A DNA stretch of 54,978 bases from Halothiobacillus neapolitanus (GCA_022730245.1 DZCK01000002.1:1-54978), one strand, 5' to 3'; counted from the first letter of the stretch, positions 31,921-44,061 are shown. Notes: a model not told the origin generated them from the letters alone. Translations and numbers: made by a program.

Positions 31921-33111
31921 ATGGCAAAAGAGAAATTTGAACGGAACAAACCGCATATTAACGTAGGCACCATTGGCCACGTTGATCACGGCAAAACCAC
32001 ATTGACCGCGGCGATCACCAAAGTCATGGCCGAGTTGCACGGTGGTGCATCCTTAGCCTATGACCAAATTGACAAAGCGCCCGAAGAAAAAGCGCGCGGC
32101 ATCACCATCAACACCTCGCATGTTGAATACGAATCCGACAACCGTCACTACGCCCACGTTGACTGCCCCGGTCACGCTGACTATGTCAAAAACATGATCA
32201 CCGGTGCCGCCCAAATGGACGGCGCAATCTTAGTTTGTTCAGCCGCAGACGGCCCCATGCCGCAAACCCGCGAGCACATTCTATTGTCTCGTCAGGTTGG
32301 CGTACCCTACATGGTCGTCTTCCTGAACAAAGCCGACATGGTCGATGATGCCGAACTGCTTGAGTTGGTGGAAATGGAAGTTCGCGACCTGCTCACCCAA
32401 TACGAATTCCCCGGCGATGACACTCCCATCACCATAGGCTCCGCCCTCAAAGCACTCGAAGGCGACCAATCAGACATCGGCGTGCCAGCCGTTATTCGAC
32501 TCGTTAAATCCATGGACGAATACTTCCCTGAGCCCGAGCGCGCCGTTGATGGCACCTTCCTCATGCCCGTAGAAGACGTCTTCTCAATCTCCGGTCGCGG
32601 CACCGTCGTTACCGGTCGTATTGAGCGCGGCATCATCAAAGTGGGCGAAGAAATTGAAATCGTCGGCATCCGCGACACCGTCAAAACCACCGTGACCGGT
32701 GTAGAAATGTTCCGCAAACTGCTCGACCAAGGCATGGCAGGCGACAACGTCGGCATCCTTCTTCGTGGCACCAAGCGTGACGACGTTGAGCGCGGTCAAG
32801 TGCTGTGCAAGCCCGGCAGCATCAAGCCCCACACCAAATTCGAAGCCGAAGTGTACGTCCTGTCCAAAGAAGAAGGTGGTCGTCATACCCCGTTCTTCAA
32901 CGGCTACCGTCCCCAGTTCTACTTCCGAACCACCGATGTCACCGGCTCATGCGTATTGCCAGAAGGCACAGAAATGGTCATGCCTGGTGACAACGTCGCC
33001 ATGACCGTTAGCCTGATTGCGCCGATTGCGATGGAAGATGGGTTGCGTTTTGCGATTCGCGAAGGTGGTCGCACCGTTGGCGCGGGTGTCGTTTCAAAGA
33101 TTGTTGAGTAA
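31921..33111 (+). CDS. tuf: Elongation factor Tu (tufA-position copy)
   Basis: Protein identical to 15354-16544. Confidence 0.99.
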   Translation: MAKEKFERNKPHINVGTIGHVDHGKTTLTAAITKVMAELHGGASLAYDQIDKAPEEKARGITINTSHVEYESDNRHYAHVDCPGHADYVKNMITGAAQMDGAILVCSAADGPMPQTREHILLSRQVGVPYMVVFLNKADMVDDAELLELVEMEVRDLLTQYEFPGDDTPITIGSALKALEGDQSDIGVPAVIRLVKSMDEYFPEPERAVDGTFLMPVEDVFSISGRGTVVTGRIERGIIKVGEEIEIVGIRDTVKTTVTGVEMFRKLLDQGMAGDNVGILLRGTKRDDVERGQVLCKPGSIKPHTKFEAEVYVLSKEEGGRHTPFFNGYRPQFYFRTTDVTGSCVLPEGTEMVMPGDNVAMTVSLIAPIAMEDGLRFAIREGGRTVGAGVVSKIVE

Positions 33112-33116
33112 TAATT

Positions 33117-33428
33117 ATGTCTACGCAAACCATTCGTATCCGTTTGAAAAGTTTTGATCATCGGTTAATCGATCGTTCAGCAGCTGAAATTGTGGAAACA
33201 GCGCGCCGTTCAGGCGCACGGGTCAAAGGACCCATTCCATTACCCAGCCGTAAAGAGCGGTTTACTGTTCTTGTATCACCGCACGTGAATAAAGATGCGC
33301 GTGATCAATACGAACTGCGCACGCATAAGCGCGTTCTTGACATCATTGAGCCAACCGATCGTACGGTTGATTTGCTCATGCAGTTAGATCTCGCTGCGGG
33401 TGTAGATGTTCAAATCCGTTTGAATTAA
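33117..33428 (+). CDS. rpsJ: 30S ribosomal protein S10
   Basis: [31 protein letters not shown]. Confidence 0.99.
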   Translation: MSTQTIRIRLKSFDHRLIDRSAAEIVETARRSGARVKGPIPLPSRKERFTVLVSPHVNKDARDQYELRTHKRVLDIIEPTDRTVDLLMQLDLAAGVDVQIRLN

Positions 33429-33448
33429 TTCAGTATTGCAAATAATCC

Positions 33449-33553
33449 TTTACGGGTTGTTTGTTTGCTGGTAAATTATTGACCCTTCTCGGCCCGGTGC
33501 TGTTGCACTGGGCCGGTTTTTTCAGGCGAACCGGTCAATCGTAATCGGCGCCT
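33449..33553 (+). promoter_or_regulatory. Candidate internal promoter and two-hairpin leader upstream of rplC
   Basis: TTTACG-N17-TAAATT with TG extension; hairpin 33490-33515 plus U-run; second hairpin 33524-33553. Confidence 0.55.
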
Positions 33554-33576
33554 CACATAATTTAGAGGTATTCACC

Positions 33577-34221
33577 ATGTCTTTAGGTGTAGTCGGTCGC
33601 AAGGTCGGCATGACGCGCATTTTTGATGACGCGGGGGTTTCGGTGCCAGTCACTGTCATCGAGGTCGAGCCCAATCGTGTAACTCAGTTGAAAACGCCAG
33701 AAATTGACGGATATACCGCCATTCAGGTCACAACAGGTGTGCGCCGGGCGTCTCGTGTAACTCAGGCTATGGCGGGTCATTATGCCAAGGCTGAAACCAC
33801 TTCTGGTCGTATGTCGACTGAGTTCCGTGTTTCTCCTGGCGAGCTTTCAAGTTATCAGCCTGGTTCAAGTATTACCGTAGCGATTTTTGAGGGTGTGGCG
33901 AAAGTTGATGTCGCCGGTCAAAGCAAGGGTAAAGGTTTTGCGGGCACCGTTAAGCGGCACAATTTCCGCACGCAAGATGCAACACACGGTAACTCGCGCT
34001 CGCATCGAGTGCCGGGTTCTATCGGTCAAAACCAAACCCCCGGCCGTGTATTTCCAGGCAAAAAAATGTCAGGTCATATGGGTGATGAGCGGGTTTCTTC
34101 CTTGGGGTTGAAAGTGGTTCGTGTCGATATTGAGCGGGGTTTAATCCTCGTGAAAGGCGCGGTTCCTGGTTCGACGGGTGGCGACGTTATTGTTCGTCCT
34201 TCTGTAAAAATTAAGGGCTGA
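33577..34221 (+). CDS. rplC: 50S ribosomal protein L3
   Basis: [27 protein letters not shown]. Confidence 0.98.
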   Translation: MSLGVVGRKVGMTRIFDDAGVSVPVTVIEVEPNRVTQLKTPEIDGYTAIQVTTGVRRASRVTQAMAGHYAKAETTSGRMSTEFRVSPGELSSYQPGSSITVAIFEGVAKVDVAGQSKGKGFAGTVKRHNFRTQDATHGNSRSHRVPGSIGQNQTPGRVFPGKKMSGHMGDERVSSLGLKVVRVDIERGLILVKGAVPGSTGGDVIVRPSVKIKG

Positions 34222-34229
34222 GGCGCGTT

Positions 34230-34838
34230 ATGGAATTACAGGTTAAAGATGGCGCTGCGATTAGCGTCTCAGAACAGATTTTCGATCGTTCGTACAATGA
34301 AGGTTTGATTCATCAGGTGGTTGTTGCCTTTATGGCCGGCGCGCGCGCTGGCACGAAACGACAACTTACCCGCTCAGAAGTCTCGGGTGGCGGTAAAAAG
34401 CCGTGGAATCAAAAAGGGACGGGCAGGGCGCGTGCGGGAACAACCCGTTCGCCAATATGGCGCACCGGTGGCGTTACCTTCGCTGCGCGTCCTCGCAATT
34501 TCGAGCAAAAAGTCAACCGTAAAGCGTATCGCATTGCGATGGCTTCGATTTTTTCCGAATTAATTCGGCGCGATCGTCTGGTTGTTGTTGATTCGCTTGG
34601 TGTTACTTCGCCAAAAACCCGCGAGATTTTATCTCTTGTTAAGTCATTAGGTATTGCATCCGGTCGCACCTTGATGGTTACCGAGGCCTTCAATGAGCAT
34701 TTGTTCTTGGGGTCGCGTAACGTAATTGAGTTGGGGTATTTGACTGCGGATACCTTAGATCCGGTGAGCTTGGTGGGTTCTGAGCGTGTTGTTATTACTC
34801 GCGCTGCTTTGAAGATGGTTGAGGAGTGGTTGTCATGA
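34230..34838 (+). CDS. rplD: 50S ribosomal protein L4
   Basis: KPWNQKGTGRARAG. Confidence 0.98.
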   Translation: MELQVKDGAAISVSEQIFDRSYNEGLIHQVVVAFMAGARAGTKRQLTRSEVSGGGKKPWNQKGTGRARAGTTRSPIWRTGGVTFAARPRNFEQKVNRKAYRIAMASIFSELIRRDRLVVVDSLGVTSPKTREILSLVKSLGIASGRTLMVTEAFNEHLFLGSRNVIELGYLTADTLDPVSLVGSERVVITRAALKMVEEWLS

Positions 34839-35128
34839 ATCAAGAAAAACTTTTTGACGTACTTCGTGCGCCCATGGTTACAGAAAAGACCGCGCGAGCG
34901 AATCAAGTCAATCAATATGTCTTCCGTGTTGGTACCACAGCCAATAAAGCTGAAATTAAAGCGGCGGTTGAACAGTTGTTTAGCGTCCAAGTCTTGGCGG
35001 TGCAAACTCTGAACGTAGCGGGCAAAACGCGCCGTTTCCGGGGTGTTGCTGGTCGCCGCGTGGATTGGAAAAAAGCCTATGTCACCCTCGCCGAAGGTCA
35101 AGTGATTGATCTTGGTCAGGTTGGATAA
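34835..35128 (+). CDS. rplW: 50S ribosomal protein L23
   Basis: [14 protein letters not shown]; ATGA overlap with rplD. Confidence 0.97.
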   Translation: MNQEKLFDVLRAPMVTEKTARANQVNQYVFRVGTTANKAEIKAAVEQLFSVQVLAVQTLNVAGKTRRFRGVAGRRVDWKKAYVTLAEGQVIDLGQVG

Positions 35129-35142
35129 GTAAGGAACCTATC

Positions 35143-35967
35143 ATGGCATTAAAAATTGCAAAACCTACATCGCCCGGTCGTCGTGCGGTAATTGAAATTG
35201 ATCGCTCGCACCTGCATAAAGGTGAGCCCTACGCGCCGTTGTTGGAGAAAAAGCACAACACCGGTGGCCGTAATAATTTGGGACGTATTACCACGCGTCA
35301 CATTGGTGGCGGACACAAGCAGCATTATCGTCTAGTTGATTTCAAGCGTGGCAAAGATGGCATTCCAGCAACGGTTGAGCGCATTGAATATGATCCGAAC
35401 CGTACCGCGCATATTGCTTTAATTATGTACGCGGATGGTGAGCGGGCCTATATCATTGCGCCGCGTGGTGTGGTGCCTGGGCAAATGGTTCAGTCCGGTA
35501 TTGATGCGCCCATTCGCCCGGGTAATACGCTGCCTTTGCGCAACATTCCTATTGGTTCAACTATTCATTGTGTTGAAATGAAACCGGGTAAAGGCGCTCA
35601 AATGGCGCGCAGTGCGGGTGCCTCTGTGCAGCTGGTCGCGCGTGATGGTGCTTATGCGACCGTGCGTTTGCGTTCGGGTGAAATGCGTAAAATCCTAGCC
35701 GATTGCCGTGCGACCTTGGGTGAAGTGAGTAATCACGAACACAGCTTGCGTTCACTGGGTAAGGCTGGTGCAACACGCTGGCGCGGTATTCGTCCTACCG
35801 TTCGCGGCGTGGTAATGAATCCAGTGGATCACCCGCATGGGGGGGGTGAAGGCCGTACGTCCGGTGGTCGTCATCCCGTTACGCCTTGGGGTGTTCCAAC
35901 CAAGGGCTACAAAACTCGCACGAACAAGCGCACGGACAAATTTATTGTTCGTCGCCGTTCGAAATAA
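35143..35967 (+). CDS. rplB: 50S ribosomal protein L2
   Basis: [21 protein letters not shown]. Confidence 0.99.
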   Translation: MALKIAKPTSPGRRAVIEIDRSHLHKGEPYAPLLEKKHNTGGRNNLGRITTRHIGGGHKQHYRLVDFKRGKDGIPATVERIEYDPNRTAHIALIMYADGERAYIIAPRGVVPGQMVQSGIDAPIRPGNTLPLRNIPIGSTIHCVEMKPGKGAQMARSAGASVQLVARDGAYATVRLRSGEMRKILADCRATLGEVSNHEHSLRSLGKAGATRWRGIRPTVRGVVMNPVDHPHGGGEGRTSGGRHPVTPWGVPTKGYKTRTNKRTDKFIVRRRSK

Positions 35968-35991
35968 TTGTTTTACATAGAGGGTTAAAAG

Positions 35992-36267
35992 GTGCCACGT
36001 TCACTTAAGAAAGGTCCATTCGTGGATCATCACTTGCTGAAAAAGGTGGAAGAGGCTGCAGCGGCTAATAACCGTCGGCCCATAAAGACCTGGTCACGCC
36101 GTTCGATGATTCTTCCAGATTTCATCGGCCTGACCATTGCGGTCCATAATGGTCGCCAGCACATTCCAGTTCTTGTCAATGAAAACATGGTCGGGCATAA
36201 GCTCGGCGAGTTCGCCCCTACCCGGACGTACCGGGGTCATGTGGCCGACAAGAAAGCTAAGCGCTAG
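35992..36267 (+). CDS. rpsS: 30S ribosomal protein S19
   Basis: [20 protein letters not shown]; GTG start. Confidence 0.98.
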   Translation: MPRSLKKGPFVDHHLLKKVEEAAAANNRRPIKTWSRRSMILPDFIGLTIAVHNGRQHIPVLVNENMVGHKLGEFAPTRTYRGHVADKKAKR

Positions 36268-36277
36268 GAGAAATATC

Positions 36278-36610
36278 ATGCAAGCTACTGCTTTACACCG
36301 CTATGCGCGGATTTCCCCTCAAAAGGCGCGTTTGGTTGCTGATCTTGTTCGTGGTCAAGCGGTCGCTCAGGCGATTGAAACTTTGACTTTTAGCGACAAG
36401 AAAGGTGCCGATTTAATCAAGAAAGTGCTCGAATCAGCCATTGCCAACGCTGAAAACAACGAAGGTGCTGATGTGGATCGTTTGCATATCGCGACGATTA
36501 TGATTGATGAGGGTCCGGTTCTTAAACGTTTTCGCGCTCGTGCCAAAGGCCGAGGTGCGCGGATTCTTAAAAAAACCAGTCATATTCTAGTCACGGTTAG
36601 CGAACGGTAA
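36278..36610 (+). CDS. rplV: 50S ribosomal protein L22
   Basis: [21 protein letters not shown]; RBS aggag before ATG 36278 (the ORF track over-extends it). Confidence 0.97.
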   Translation: MQATALHRYARISPQKARLVADLVRGQAVAQAIETLTFSDKKGADLIKKVLESAIANAENNEGADVDRLHIATIMIDEGPVLKRFRARAKGRGARILKKTSHILVTVSER

Positions 36611-36620
36611 GGGGAGAGTT

Positions 36621-37295
36621 ATGGGTCAGAAAGTACATCCGGTAGGCTTCCGGCTCGGGATTTCCTCTGATTGGTCATCCCGCTGGTATGCCGACAGTAA
36701 GTTATTTCCTATTCAATTAAATCAAGATGTCCGCACACGAGCTTTCATCAAAGATAAATTGAAAGAGGCGTCTGTGTCACGCATTCAAATTGAGCGTCCA
36801 GCGCGCTCAGCCTCGGTTACCATTCACACCGCCCGTCCGGGTATTGTTATTGGTCGAAAAGGGGAAGATATTGAGCGGCTGCGGACCGAAATTGCCCCTT
36901 TGTTAGGGGTGGATCGTAACGCGGTTAAGTTGTCTGTAGAAGAAATCCGCAAGCCAGAGCTGGATGCCCAGTTGGTTGCGGAGTCTATCGCGCAGCAACT
37001 TGAGCGTCGAATCATGTTCCGCCGTGCAATGAAGCGCGCCGTTCAAACCTCGATGCGGTTAGGTGCTGGTGGTATCAAGGTTAATGTTTCAGGTCGGTTA
37101 GGCGGTGCTGAAATCGCCCGTAACGAATGGTATCGCGAGGGCCGTGTGCCGTTGCACACCTTGCGTGCTGATATCGATTACGGCTTTGCTGAGGCCCAAA
37201 CCACCTATGGCGTTATTGGCGTCAAGGTTTGGATTTTTAAAGGTGAAGTGTTTGGCGTTCCGGGTAACCGTGATGTTAAAGCAGCGACAGCCTGA
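36621..37295 (+). CDS. rpsC: 30S ribosomal protein S3
   Basis: [21 protein letters not shown]. Confidence 0.99.
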   Translation: MGQKVHPVGFRLGISSDWSSRWYADSKLFPIQLNQDVRTRAFIKDKLKEASVSRIQIERPARSASVTIHTARPGIVIGRKGEDIERLRTEIAPLLGVDRNAVKLSVEEIRKPELDAQLVAESIAQQLERRIMFRRAMKRAVQTSMRLGAGGIKVNVSGRLGGAEIARNEWYREGRVPLHTLRADIDYGFAEAQTTYGVIGVKVWIFKGEVFGVPGNRDVKAATA

Positions 37296-37329
37296 ACCGA
37301 ATTTTAAAAGGGTAAGTGGAGCTTAAATT

Positions 37330-37743
37330 ATGCTGCTGCCAAAACGTACAAAATTCCGCAAGCAGTTCAGGGGTAAAAACCGTGGCCTTGCGACGACCGG
37401 TAACAAAGTTAGTTTCGGTGAGTTTGGTTTGAAAACACTCGAGCGCGGTGAAATTACGTCACGCCAAATCGAATCAGCGCGACGGGCGATTTCTCGTCAT
37501 GTTAAACGCGGTGGTAAAATCTGGATTCGTATTTTCCCTGATACGCCTATTACCAAAAAACCCCTTGAGGTTCGTATGGGTAAGGGTAAAGGGAGTGTTG
37601 AGTACTGGGTTGCTAAAGTGCAACCAGGAAAAGTTCTTTATGAAATTGAAGGTGTGGGTGAAGAGATTGCTCGCATGGCATTTTCATTGGCATCGGCCAA
37701 GTTGCCAGTTAAAACGACCTTCGTAACGCGGGTATTGATGTAA
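37330..37743 (+). CDS. rplP: 50S ribosomal protein L16
   Basis: [15 protein letters not shown]. Confidence 0.99.
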   Translation: MLLPKRTKFRKQFRGKNRGLATTGNKVSFGEFGLKTLERGEITSRQIESARRAISRHVKRGGKIWIRIFPDTPITKKPLEVRMGKGKGSVEYWVAKVQPGKVLYEIEGVGEEIARMAFSLASAKLPVKTTFVTRVLM

Positions 37744-37940
37744 TGAAAAATATCACTTCACAGTTGCGTGAGAAAACCCCTGAGAGTTTGCGTGAAGAGC
37801 TTCTTGCGATTAAGCGTGAACAATTTAATTTGCGAATGCAAAAAGCGAATGGTCAGGAATCAAAATCCCATTTGATTAAAGTGGCACGAAAAAATGTCGC
37901 TCGAATCAAAACGATTCTGACTGAGAAGGAGCAAGGCTGA
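37743..37940 (+). CDS. rpmC: 50S ribosomal protein L29
   Basis: [15 protein letters not shown]; operon position. Confidence 0.95.
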   Translation: MKNITSQLREKTPESLREELLAIKREQFNLRMQKANGQESKSHLIKVARKNVARIKTILTEKEQG

Positions 37941-37941
37941 A

Positions 37942-38211
37942 ATGTCTACTGAAATGATCGAAAAAGTTATTCGTACCCGAGTGGGTCGTGTAACAAGCGA
38001 CAAGATGGATAAATCCATAACAGTTGCTATTGAACGCCGTGTAAAGCACCCTCTTTATGGCAAGTTCATTACTAAAACCACTAAATTGCACGTCCATGAT
38101 GAAGAGAATGTGTCTCACATCGGTGATCGTGTGGAAATTCGCGAAACACGCCCGATTTCTAAAACGAAGTCGTGGACCCTGGTTCGTGTTATTGACCGCA
38201 CAACCGCGTAA
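37942..38211 (+). CDS. rpsQ: 30S ribosomal protein S17
   Basis: [23 protein letters not shown]. Confidence 0.98.
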   Translation: MSTEMIEKVIRTRVGRVTSDKMDKSITVAIERRVKHPLYGKFITKTTKLHVHDEENVSHIGDRVEIRETRPISKTKSWTLVRVIDRTTA

Positions 38212-38222
38212 GGATAAATATC

Positions 38223-38591
38223 ATGATTCAGATGCAAACAATTTTAGACTCCGCTGACAATAGTGGCGCCAAGCGAATTCAGTGCATTAAAGTGCTGGGT
38301 GGATCGCATCGTCGCTATGCGGGTATTGGCGACATTATCAAGGTTTCTATTAAAGATGCGATTCCACGGGGTCGCGTTAAGAAAGGTGATGTTTACAATG
38401 CTGTCGTGGTGCGCACCGCCAAAGGTGTGCGTCGCAGTGATGGCTCGTTAATTCGTTTCGACGGTAATGCCGCTGTCCTTTTAAACAACAAACTTGAGCC
38501 AATTGGCACCCGTATTTTTGGACCTGTCACGCGCGAATTGCGCACTGAGAAGTTCATGAAGATTGTGTCACTCGCTCCCGAAGTGATTTGA
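38223..38591 (+). CDS. rplN: 50S ribosomal protein L14
   Basis: [14 protein letters not shown]. Confidence 0.99.
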   Translation: MIQMQTILDSADNSGAKRIQCIKVLGGSHRRYAGIGDIIKVSIKDAIPRGRVKKGDVYNAVVVRTAKGVRRSDGSLIRFDGNAAVLLNNKLEPIGTRIFGPVTRELRTEKFMKIVSLAPEVI

Positions 38592-38601
38592 GGTTATCGC
38601 C

Positions 38602-38925
38602 ATGCGTAAGATCCGACAAGGTGATGAAGTTATCGTGACCACAGGCAAAGACCAAGGTCGTCGCGGCACCGTTTTGCGTGTCGTTGATGATGGCGCCCGT
38701 GTGATTGTGGAAAATATCAATAAGGTGAAAAAACACCAGAAGCCAAATCCTTCGATTGGTCAGGCAGGTGGCATCATCGAATTTGAGAAATCAATTGATA
38801 TTTCTAACGTTATGCTGTTTAATCCCGCCTCCGAAAAAGGTGACCGGGTTGGCTTCAAGTTTCTTGAAGATGGCACTAAGGTTAGGTTTTTTAAATCCAA
38901 CGGCGAAGTCGTTGATACAAAATAG
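38602..38925 (+). CDS. rplX: 50S ribosomal protein L24
   Basis: KOW motif [13 protein letters not shown]; ISNVML. Confidence 0.98.
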   Translation: MRKIRQGDEVIVTTGKDQGRRGTVLRVVDDGARVIVENINKVKKHQKPNPSIGQAGGIIEFEKSIDISNVMLFNPASEKGDRVGFKFLEDGTKVRFFKSNGEVVDTK

Positions 38926-38936
38926 GTTGAATTAAA

Positions 38937-39476
38937 ATGGCTCGTCTTCAGGAATTATATTCCAATACGTTGCAAGCAGAGCTGATGGCTAAGCTTGACA
39001 TTGAAAACGTGATGGCTGTTCCGAAGCTGACCAAGATTACGTTAAACATGGGCTTAGGTGACTCGGCTCGTGACAAAAAGGTAATCGACAGTGCAGTGAA
39101 CGAAATGGCAGCAATTAGTGGTCAAAAACCTATTGTGACTTACGCGCGTAAGTCGATTGCTGGGTTTAAGCTGCGCGAAGGGATGCCGTTAGGCGTCAAG
39201 GTAACCCTGAGAGGAAGTACGATGTACGAATTCTTCGATCGGTTGATCCATGTCTCTATCCCTCGTGTTCGTGATTTTCGCGGCCTCAATCCTAAATCGT
39301 TTGATGGGCGTGGCAATTACAGCATGGGTGTAAAAGAGCAAATTATTTTCCCCGAAATTGATTATGACAAAATTGATCAAATTCGCGGAATGGATATCAC
39401 GATCACAACCGCTGCGGCAAATGATGACCATGCGCGAGCTTTGCTCGATAGCTTTGGTTTTCCTTTCCGCCGGTAA
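38937..39476 (+). CDS. rplE: 50S ribosomal protein L5
   Basis: [21 protein letters not shown]. Confidence 0.99.
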   Translation: MARLQELYSNTLQAELMAKLDIENVMAVPKLTKITLNMGLGDSARDKKVIDSAVNEMAAISGQKPIVTYARKSIAGFKLREGMPLGVKVTLRGSTMYEFFDRLIHVSIPRVRDFRGLNPKSFDGRGNYSMGVKEQIIFPEIDYDKIDQIRGMDITITTAAANDDHARALLDSFGFPFRR

Positions 39477-39485
39477 GGAGTATTT

Positions 39486-39791
39486 ATGGCTAAGAAAAGT
39501 ATGTTGAATCGGGAGCAGCAGCGTCAAAAACTGGCGGCCCGTTTTGAAGCAAAGCGCGTTTTGTTGCGCGCCGTTTTGAGTGATCAAGGCGCTGAATTTG
39601 ATGCAAAAATGAAAGCGTCTGCGGAACTGAGTAAGTTACCCCGTGATTCTTCAGTGTGCCGCCAAGTTCGCCGCTGTTCTATCACAGGTCGTCCTAAAGG
39701 TGTGTACCGTAAGTTCGCTTTAGGTCGTAATAAGTTACGTCAGTTAGCTATGTCTGGTGAAATACCGGGCTTGCGCAAAGCCAGTTGGTAA
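39486..39791 (+). CDS. rpsN: 30S ribosomal protein S14 (long, zinc-independent type)
   Basis: 101 aa; LPRDSS, GEIPGLRKASW. Confidence 0.98.
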   Translation: MAKKSMLNREQQRQKLAARFEAKRVLLRAVLSDQGAEFDAKMKASAELSKLPRDSSVCRQVRRCSITGRPKGVYRKFALGRNKLRQLAMSGEIPGLRKASW

Positions 39792-39803
39792 TGGGGTGTT
39801 GTT

Positions 39804-40196
39804 ATGAGTATGAATGATCCAATTTCCGATATGCTGACCCGCATTCGCAATGCTCAGGCAGCGCGCAAGCCACAAGTATCGATGCCCTCTTCTAAATTTA
39901 AATTGTCTATCGCGGCAGTTTTAAAAGAGGAAGGTTTTATCGGTGACATTAGTACCGCAGGTGAGGCGAAACCGGTTTTGACTATTGTCTTGAAATATTT
40001 CCAAGGCAAACCAGTTATCGATACCATCAAACGGGTTTCAAAGCCTGGTTACCGTGTTTATAAAAACGCGGATGAATTGCCGACCGTTATTGGTGGTTTG
40101 GGTGTTGCTATTGTTTCTACCTCGAAAGGGGTGATGCCAGATCGCGAAGCTCGGCGTAATAACATTGGTGGCGAAATTATTTGCCTCGTATCTTAA
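39804..40196 (+). CDS. rpsH: 30S ribosomal protein S8
   Basis: [19 protein letters not shown]. Confidence 0.98.
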   Translation: MSMNDPISDMLTRIRNAQAARKPQVSMPSSKFKLSIAAVLKEEGFIGDISTAGEAKPVLTIVLKYFQGKPVIDTIKRVSKPGYRVYKNADELPTVIGGLGVAIVSTSKGVMPDREARRNNIGGEIICLVS

Positions 40197-40209
40197 TTGG
40201 GAGTACGTA

Positions 40210-40737
40210 ATGAGTCGTGTTGCTAAAAAACCCGTCGCCATTCCCAAGGGTGTCGAGGTCAAATTAAATGGTCAGATTTTATCCTTCAAGGGGCCAAAAG
40301 GTGTTCTTGAACTGAATTTACATAAATCTGTTGGTGTTGATCTGTCTGCCAGTGAAATTCGTTTTGAGCCGGAGTCAGCTGAATTTATCGCTATGGCCGG
40401 CACAATGCGCGCATTGGCGAATAACAATGTTCTCGGTGTTACCACGGGTTTTGAGTTGAAATTGCAGTTAGTTGGTGTGGGTTATCGTGCTCAAGCCCAG
40501 GGTGCCGTATTAAATCTTGCGCTTGGCTTCTCGCATCCAATTAATTTTCCTGTTCCAGCGGGGATCACTGTCGAAACGCCAACCCAAACAGAAATTCTTA
40601 TTCGTGGTGCAGACCGCCAGGTTGTAGGTCAAGTGGCTTCAAAAATCCGTGGTTTCCGTCCACCTGAGCCGTATAAAGGCAAAGGAGTGAAGTACCACGA
40701 TGAAGTCATCTTCCGTAAGGAAGCGAAGAAGAAATAA
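40210..40737 (+). CDS. rplF: 50S ribosomal protein L6
   Basis: [22 protein letters not shown]; RBS ggag before ATG 40210. Confidence 0.98.
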   Translation: MSRVAKKPVAIPKGVEVKLNGQILSFKGPKGVLELNLHKSVGVDLSASEIRFEPESAEFIAMAGTMRALANNNVLGVTTGFELKLQLVGVGYRAQAQGAVLNLALGFSHPINFPVPAGITVETPTQTEILIRGADRQVVGQVASKIRGFRPPEPYKGKGVKYHDEVIFRKEAKKK

Positions 40738-40746
40738 GGTGAAATT

Positions 40747-41103
40747 ATGAACGAGAAAAATCAAAATCGCTTGCGTCGTGCGCGTCGCACGCGCGCAAAA
40801 ATAGTCCGCCTAGGTGTGCATCGTCTAACGGTTTTCCGCACGGCTCAGCATACGTATGCTCAAATTTTCACGCCAGACGGTTCATCAGTGGTGGTTTCTT
40901 CTTCCACCCTTCACCCGGGTGTGCTTGAATCAGGCCAACATGGTGGCAATATTGATGCCGCTAAGCGTGTGGGTGCTTTGGTTGCTGAGGCTGCGCTTGC
41001 TAAAGGGATCAGCCATGTGGCTTTTGATCGGTCGGGCTTCATTTTTCACGGTCGCATTAAAGCGTTAGCTGAATCCGCGCGTGAAGCCGGTCTGCAATTC
41101 TAA
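40747..41103 (+). CDS. rplR: 50S ribosomal protein L18
   Basis: FDRSGF.FHGR.KALA..AREAGL.F. Confidence 0.98.
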   Translation: MNEKNQNRLRRARRTRAKIVRLGVHRLTVFRTAQHTYAQIFTPDGSSVVVSSSTLHPGVLESGQHGGNIDAAKRVGALVAEAALAKGISHVAFDRSGFIFHGRIKALAESAREAGLQF

Positions 41104-41114
41104 GGGGTTATGCA

Positions 41115-41630
41115 ATGAGTAGAAATTCTAACGAAGTTGCGACTGATGGCTTAATCGAAAAGCTCGTGGCTGTTAACCGCGTAGCTAAAGTCGTAAAGGG
41201 TGGTCGTATTTTTTCATTTACCGCTTTGACTGTCGTGGGCGATGGTGAAGGTAAGGTCGGTTTTGGTTACGGTAAGGCAAAAGAAGTTCCTGCTGCCATC
41301 CAAAAAGCAATGGATCGTGCGAAGCGCAGTATGGTCGATGTGCCTTTGCGTGATGGCACTCTGTTTTATGCTGCTAATGGTAAGCATGGTGCCGCAAATG
41401 TTTTCATGAAACCTGCATCAGAAGGTACCGGTGTTATCGCTGGTGGCGCTATGCGCGCTGTTTTTGAAGCGGTGGGTGTGCGCAATGTTCTTGCAAAATG
41501 CATTGGAACGCGCAATCACATGAACGTCATCCGCGCCACCGTTAATGGTTTGCAGTCGATTAACTCCCCTGACCTTATTGCTGCGAAGCGTGGCAAACGG
41601 GTTGAAGACATTGTGGGCGGTGCAAAATGA
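41115..41630 (+). CDS. rpsE: 30S ribosomal protein S5
   Basis: [18 protein letters not shown]. Confidence 0.99.
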   Translation: MSRNSNEVATDGLIEKLVAVNRVAKVVKGGRIFSFTALTVVGDGEGKVGFGYGKAKEVPAAIQKAMDRAKRSMVDVPLRDGTLFYAANGKHGAANVFMKPASEGTGVIAGGAMRAVFEAVGVRNVLAKCIGTRNHMNVIRATVNGLQSINSPDLIAAKRGKRVEDIVGGAK

Positions 41631-41818
41631 CACTTCAGGCAACTATTCGTGTTAAGTTGATTCGTTCAACAATTGGTCGTTTGGCTTCGCACAAAGCATG
41701 CGTGCGTGGTTTGGGTCTTTTGCGTATGAATCATGTGGTTGATGTTATTGATACCCCTGAAAATCGCGGGATGATCAATAAAGTCAATTATTTGCTCGAA
41801 ATACAGGAATCTAAGTAA
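41627..41818 (+). CDS. rpmD: 50S ribosomal protein L30
   Basis: [19 protein letters not shown]. Confidence 0.96.
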   Translation: MTLQATIRVKLIRSTIGRLASHKACVRGLGLLRMNHVVDVIDTPENRGMINKVNYLLEIQESK

Positions 41819-42246
41819 TGCGTTTAAATACATTATCTCCTGCTGATGGCAGCCGTAAATCACGTACCCGTGTGGGTCGTGGTGTGGGTTCTGGTTTGGG
41901 GAAAACAGCGGGTCGCGGTCATAAAGGTCAAAAATCGCGTTCGGGTGGTTTTCACAAAACAGGCTTTGAAGGCGGTCAAATGCCTATTCAGCGGCGTTTG
42001 CCTAAAATGGGTTTTCGCTCATTGCGTGCTTTAGTTACGGCAGAAATCCGTACATCAGAACTTAACTTGCTTGATGCCGTAGTTTCCCTTGAAACCCTCA
42101 AAGCGGCTGGCTTGATTCGTAATGATATTCGTTATGTAAAAATCATGCTTTCAGGTGATGTAACAAAGCCTCTGCACATTCAGGGTATCCGAGTCAGTAA
42201 GGGTGCATTAAGCGCCATAATTGCTGCCGGTGGCAAGTCGGAGTAA
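41818..42246 (+). CDS. rplO: 50S ribosomal protein L15
   Basis: [26 protein letters not shown]. Confidence 0.98.
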   Translation: MRLNTLSPADGSRKSRTRVGRGVGSGLGKTAGRGHKGQKSRSGGFHKTGFEGGQMPIQRRLPKMGFRSLRALVTAEIRTSELNLLDAVVSLETLKAAGLIRNDIRYVKIMLSGDVTKPLHIQGIRVSKGALSAIIAAGGKSE

Positions 42247-42249
42247 CGC

Positions 42250-43584
42250 GTGGCTCAATCGAATGCAAGCATGGCTGGTTTGGCGGGTTCAGGTCGTTTG
42301 ACAGAACTTCGCCAACGGATTTTCTTCGTCATTATGGTGTTGGTCGTTTACCGAATCGGCACCTTTATTCCGCTTCCCGGGATTGATGTCGGTGTTATGC
42401 ATTCGTTGTTTACACAGCATGCCGGTGGCATTTTGGGCATGATGAACATGTTCTCTGGTGGTGCGCTATCTCGAATGTCTTTGTTTGCCTTAGGGGTGAT
42501 GCCGTACATTTCTGCCTCTATCATTGTTCAGCTTCTTACTTCGGTTGTGCCATCGCTTGAAAAGCTTAAAAAAGAAGGCGAAGCGGGTAAAAGGAAGATC
42601 ACTCAGTACACGCGTTATGGAACGCTCGGGCTTGGCCTGGTTCAAGCGTTAGGTGTTTCTATTGCACTTCAAGGGCAATCGGTGGGTGGTCAGGCGCTTG
42701 TGTACGCGCCCGGTTTTGCTTTTTTGTTTATTGCAACCATGACACTCGTGACGGGTACCATGTTGCTTGTTTGGCTTGGCGAGCAGATCACTGAGCGCGG
42801 TGTGGGCAATGGTATCTCGTTGATTATCTTTGCAGGCATCGTCGCTGGCCTACCTACAGCCATTGGCGGCACGGCGGAGCTTGTGCGTACGGGTGAATTG
42901 GGTGTTCTGACCTTATTCATATTGGCTTTTTTAATTGTGGCAGTAACCGCTTTTGTTGTGTTTGTTGAGCGGGGTCAGAGGCGGATTACAGTTAACTATG
43001 CGCGTAGGCAGCAAGGCCAAGGCTCGGCTGGGCAGCAGTCATCTCATCTTCCTTTGAAGTTGAATATGGCCGGAGTGATTCCACCGATTTTTGCCTCCAG
43101 CATTATTCTGTTTCCTGCCACCTTAGGCAACTGGCTTGGCCAGCAGGAAAATATGTCGTGGTTACGTAGTTTGTCTACAGCGCTTTCCCCAGGTCAGCCT
43201 TTGTACGTTGGTTTATATGCTACTGCGATTATATTTTTCTGTTTTTTCTACACGGCATTGGTTTTCAATGCGCGTGATACGGCAGACAATTTAAAACGTT
43301 CGGGTGCTTTTGTCCCCGGGATTCGTCCGGGCGAGCAAACGGCTCGTTATATCGATAAGGTATTAACTCGGCTTACCTTCTGGGGTGCGTTGTATATCAC
43401 GGCGGTTTGTTTGTTGCCGGAGTTTTTGATTTTGTATTGGAATGTCCCCTTTTATTTTGGTGGTACTTCTTTGTTAATTATTGTTGTTGTGCTTATGGAC
43501 TTTATGGCACAGGTACAATCGCACCTCGTATCGCATCAGTATGATAGTTTGGTGCGGAAGGCTCACTTTAAGTCTGGCCTCTGA
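42250..43584 (+). CDS. secY: Preprotein translocase subunit SecY
   Basis: [38 protein letters not shown]. Confidence 0.99.
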   Translation: MAQSNASMAGLAGSGRLTELRQRIFFVIMVLVVYRIGTFIPLPGIDVGVMHSLFTQHAGGILGMMNMFSGGALSRMSLFALGVMPYISASIIVQLLTSVVPSLEKLKKEGEAGKRKITQYTRYGTLGLGLVQALGVSIALQGQSVGGQALVYAPGFAFLFIATMTLVTGTMLLVWLGEQITERGVGNGISLIIFAGIVAGLPTAIGGTAELVRTGELGVLTLFILAFLIVAVTAFVVFVERGQRRITVNYARRQQGQGSAGQQSSHLPLKLNMAGVIPPIFASSIILFPATLGNWLGQQENMSWLRSLSTALSPGQPLYVGLYATAIIFFCFFYTALVFNARDTADNLKRSGAFVPGIRPGEQTARYIDKVLTRLTFWGALYITAVCLLPEFLILYWNVPFYFGGTSLLIIVVVLMDFMAQVQSHLVSHQYDSLVRKAHFKSGL

Positions 43585-43603
43585 AAATGGTTCAATCTTC
43601 TTC

Positions 43604-43640
43604 TTGAATTTGTCCCATTTTTGTTTTATAGTTTCGCGCT
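43604..43640 (+). promoter_or_regulatory. Alpha-operon sigma70 promoter
   Basis: TTGAAT-N17-TATAGT followed by ttcgcgct discriminator. Confidence 0.7.
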
Positions 43641-43660
43641 CTTTTTCAAGGTAATCTTCG

Positions 43661-44017
43661 ATGGCACGTATCGCGGGAATAAACATTCCAGTGCAAAAAC
43701 ACATTGTTATTGCGCTCACTTCAATTTACGGCATTGGTACTACGCGTGCCAATAGTATCTGTCAGGCAGCTGGTGTTGAGCCTGCTCGAAAGGTTCGGGA
43801 TTTATCCGAGTCTGAAGTCGAGGCTTTGCGCGCCGAAGTTGCAAAGTTTGTTGTGGAAGGCGACTTGCGTCGTGATGTTTCCATGAACATAAAACGCTTG
43901 ATGGATTTGGGTTGTTATCGTGGGCTGCGGCATCGCCGTGGTCTGCCGCTCCGTGGCCAGCGCACACGGACTAATGCACGGACTCGTAAGGGTCCGCGTC
44001 GCATGGTTAAGCGCTAA
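43661..44017 (+). CDS. rpsM: 30S ribosomal protein S13
   Basis: [20 protein letters not shown]. Confidence 0.99.
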   Translation: MARIAGINIPVQKHIVIALTSIYGIGTTRANSICQAAGVEPARKVRDLSESEVEALRAEVAKFVVEGDLRRDVSMNIKRLMDLGCYRGLRHRRGLPLRGQRTRTNARTRKGPRRMVKR

Positions 44018-44061
44018 CCATGCTTAATATTCTTCGATTGATAAGAGTAGGATAATTTTTA

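Noticed and set aside
34409-35101. 230-aa antisense ORF over rplD/rplW, and the many other short overlapping ORFs in the track
   Set aside because: All are nested in or antisense to confidently identified genes and have no independent coding signals.
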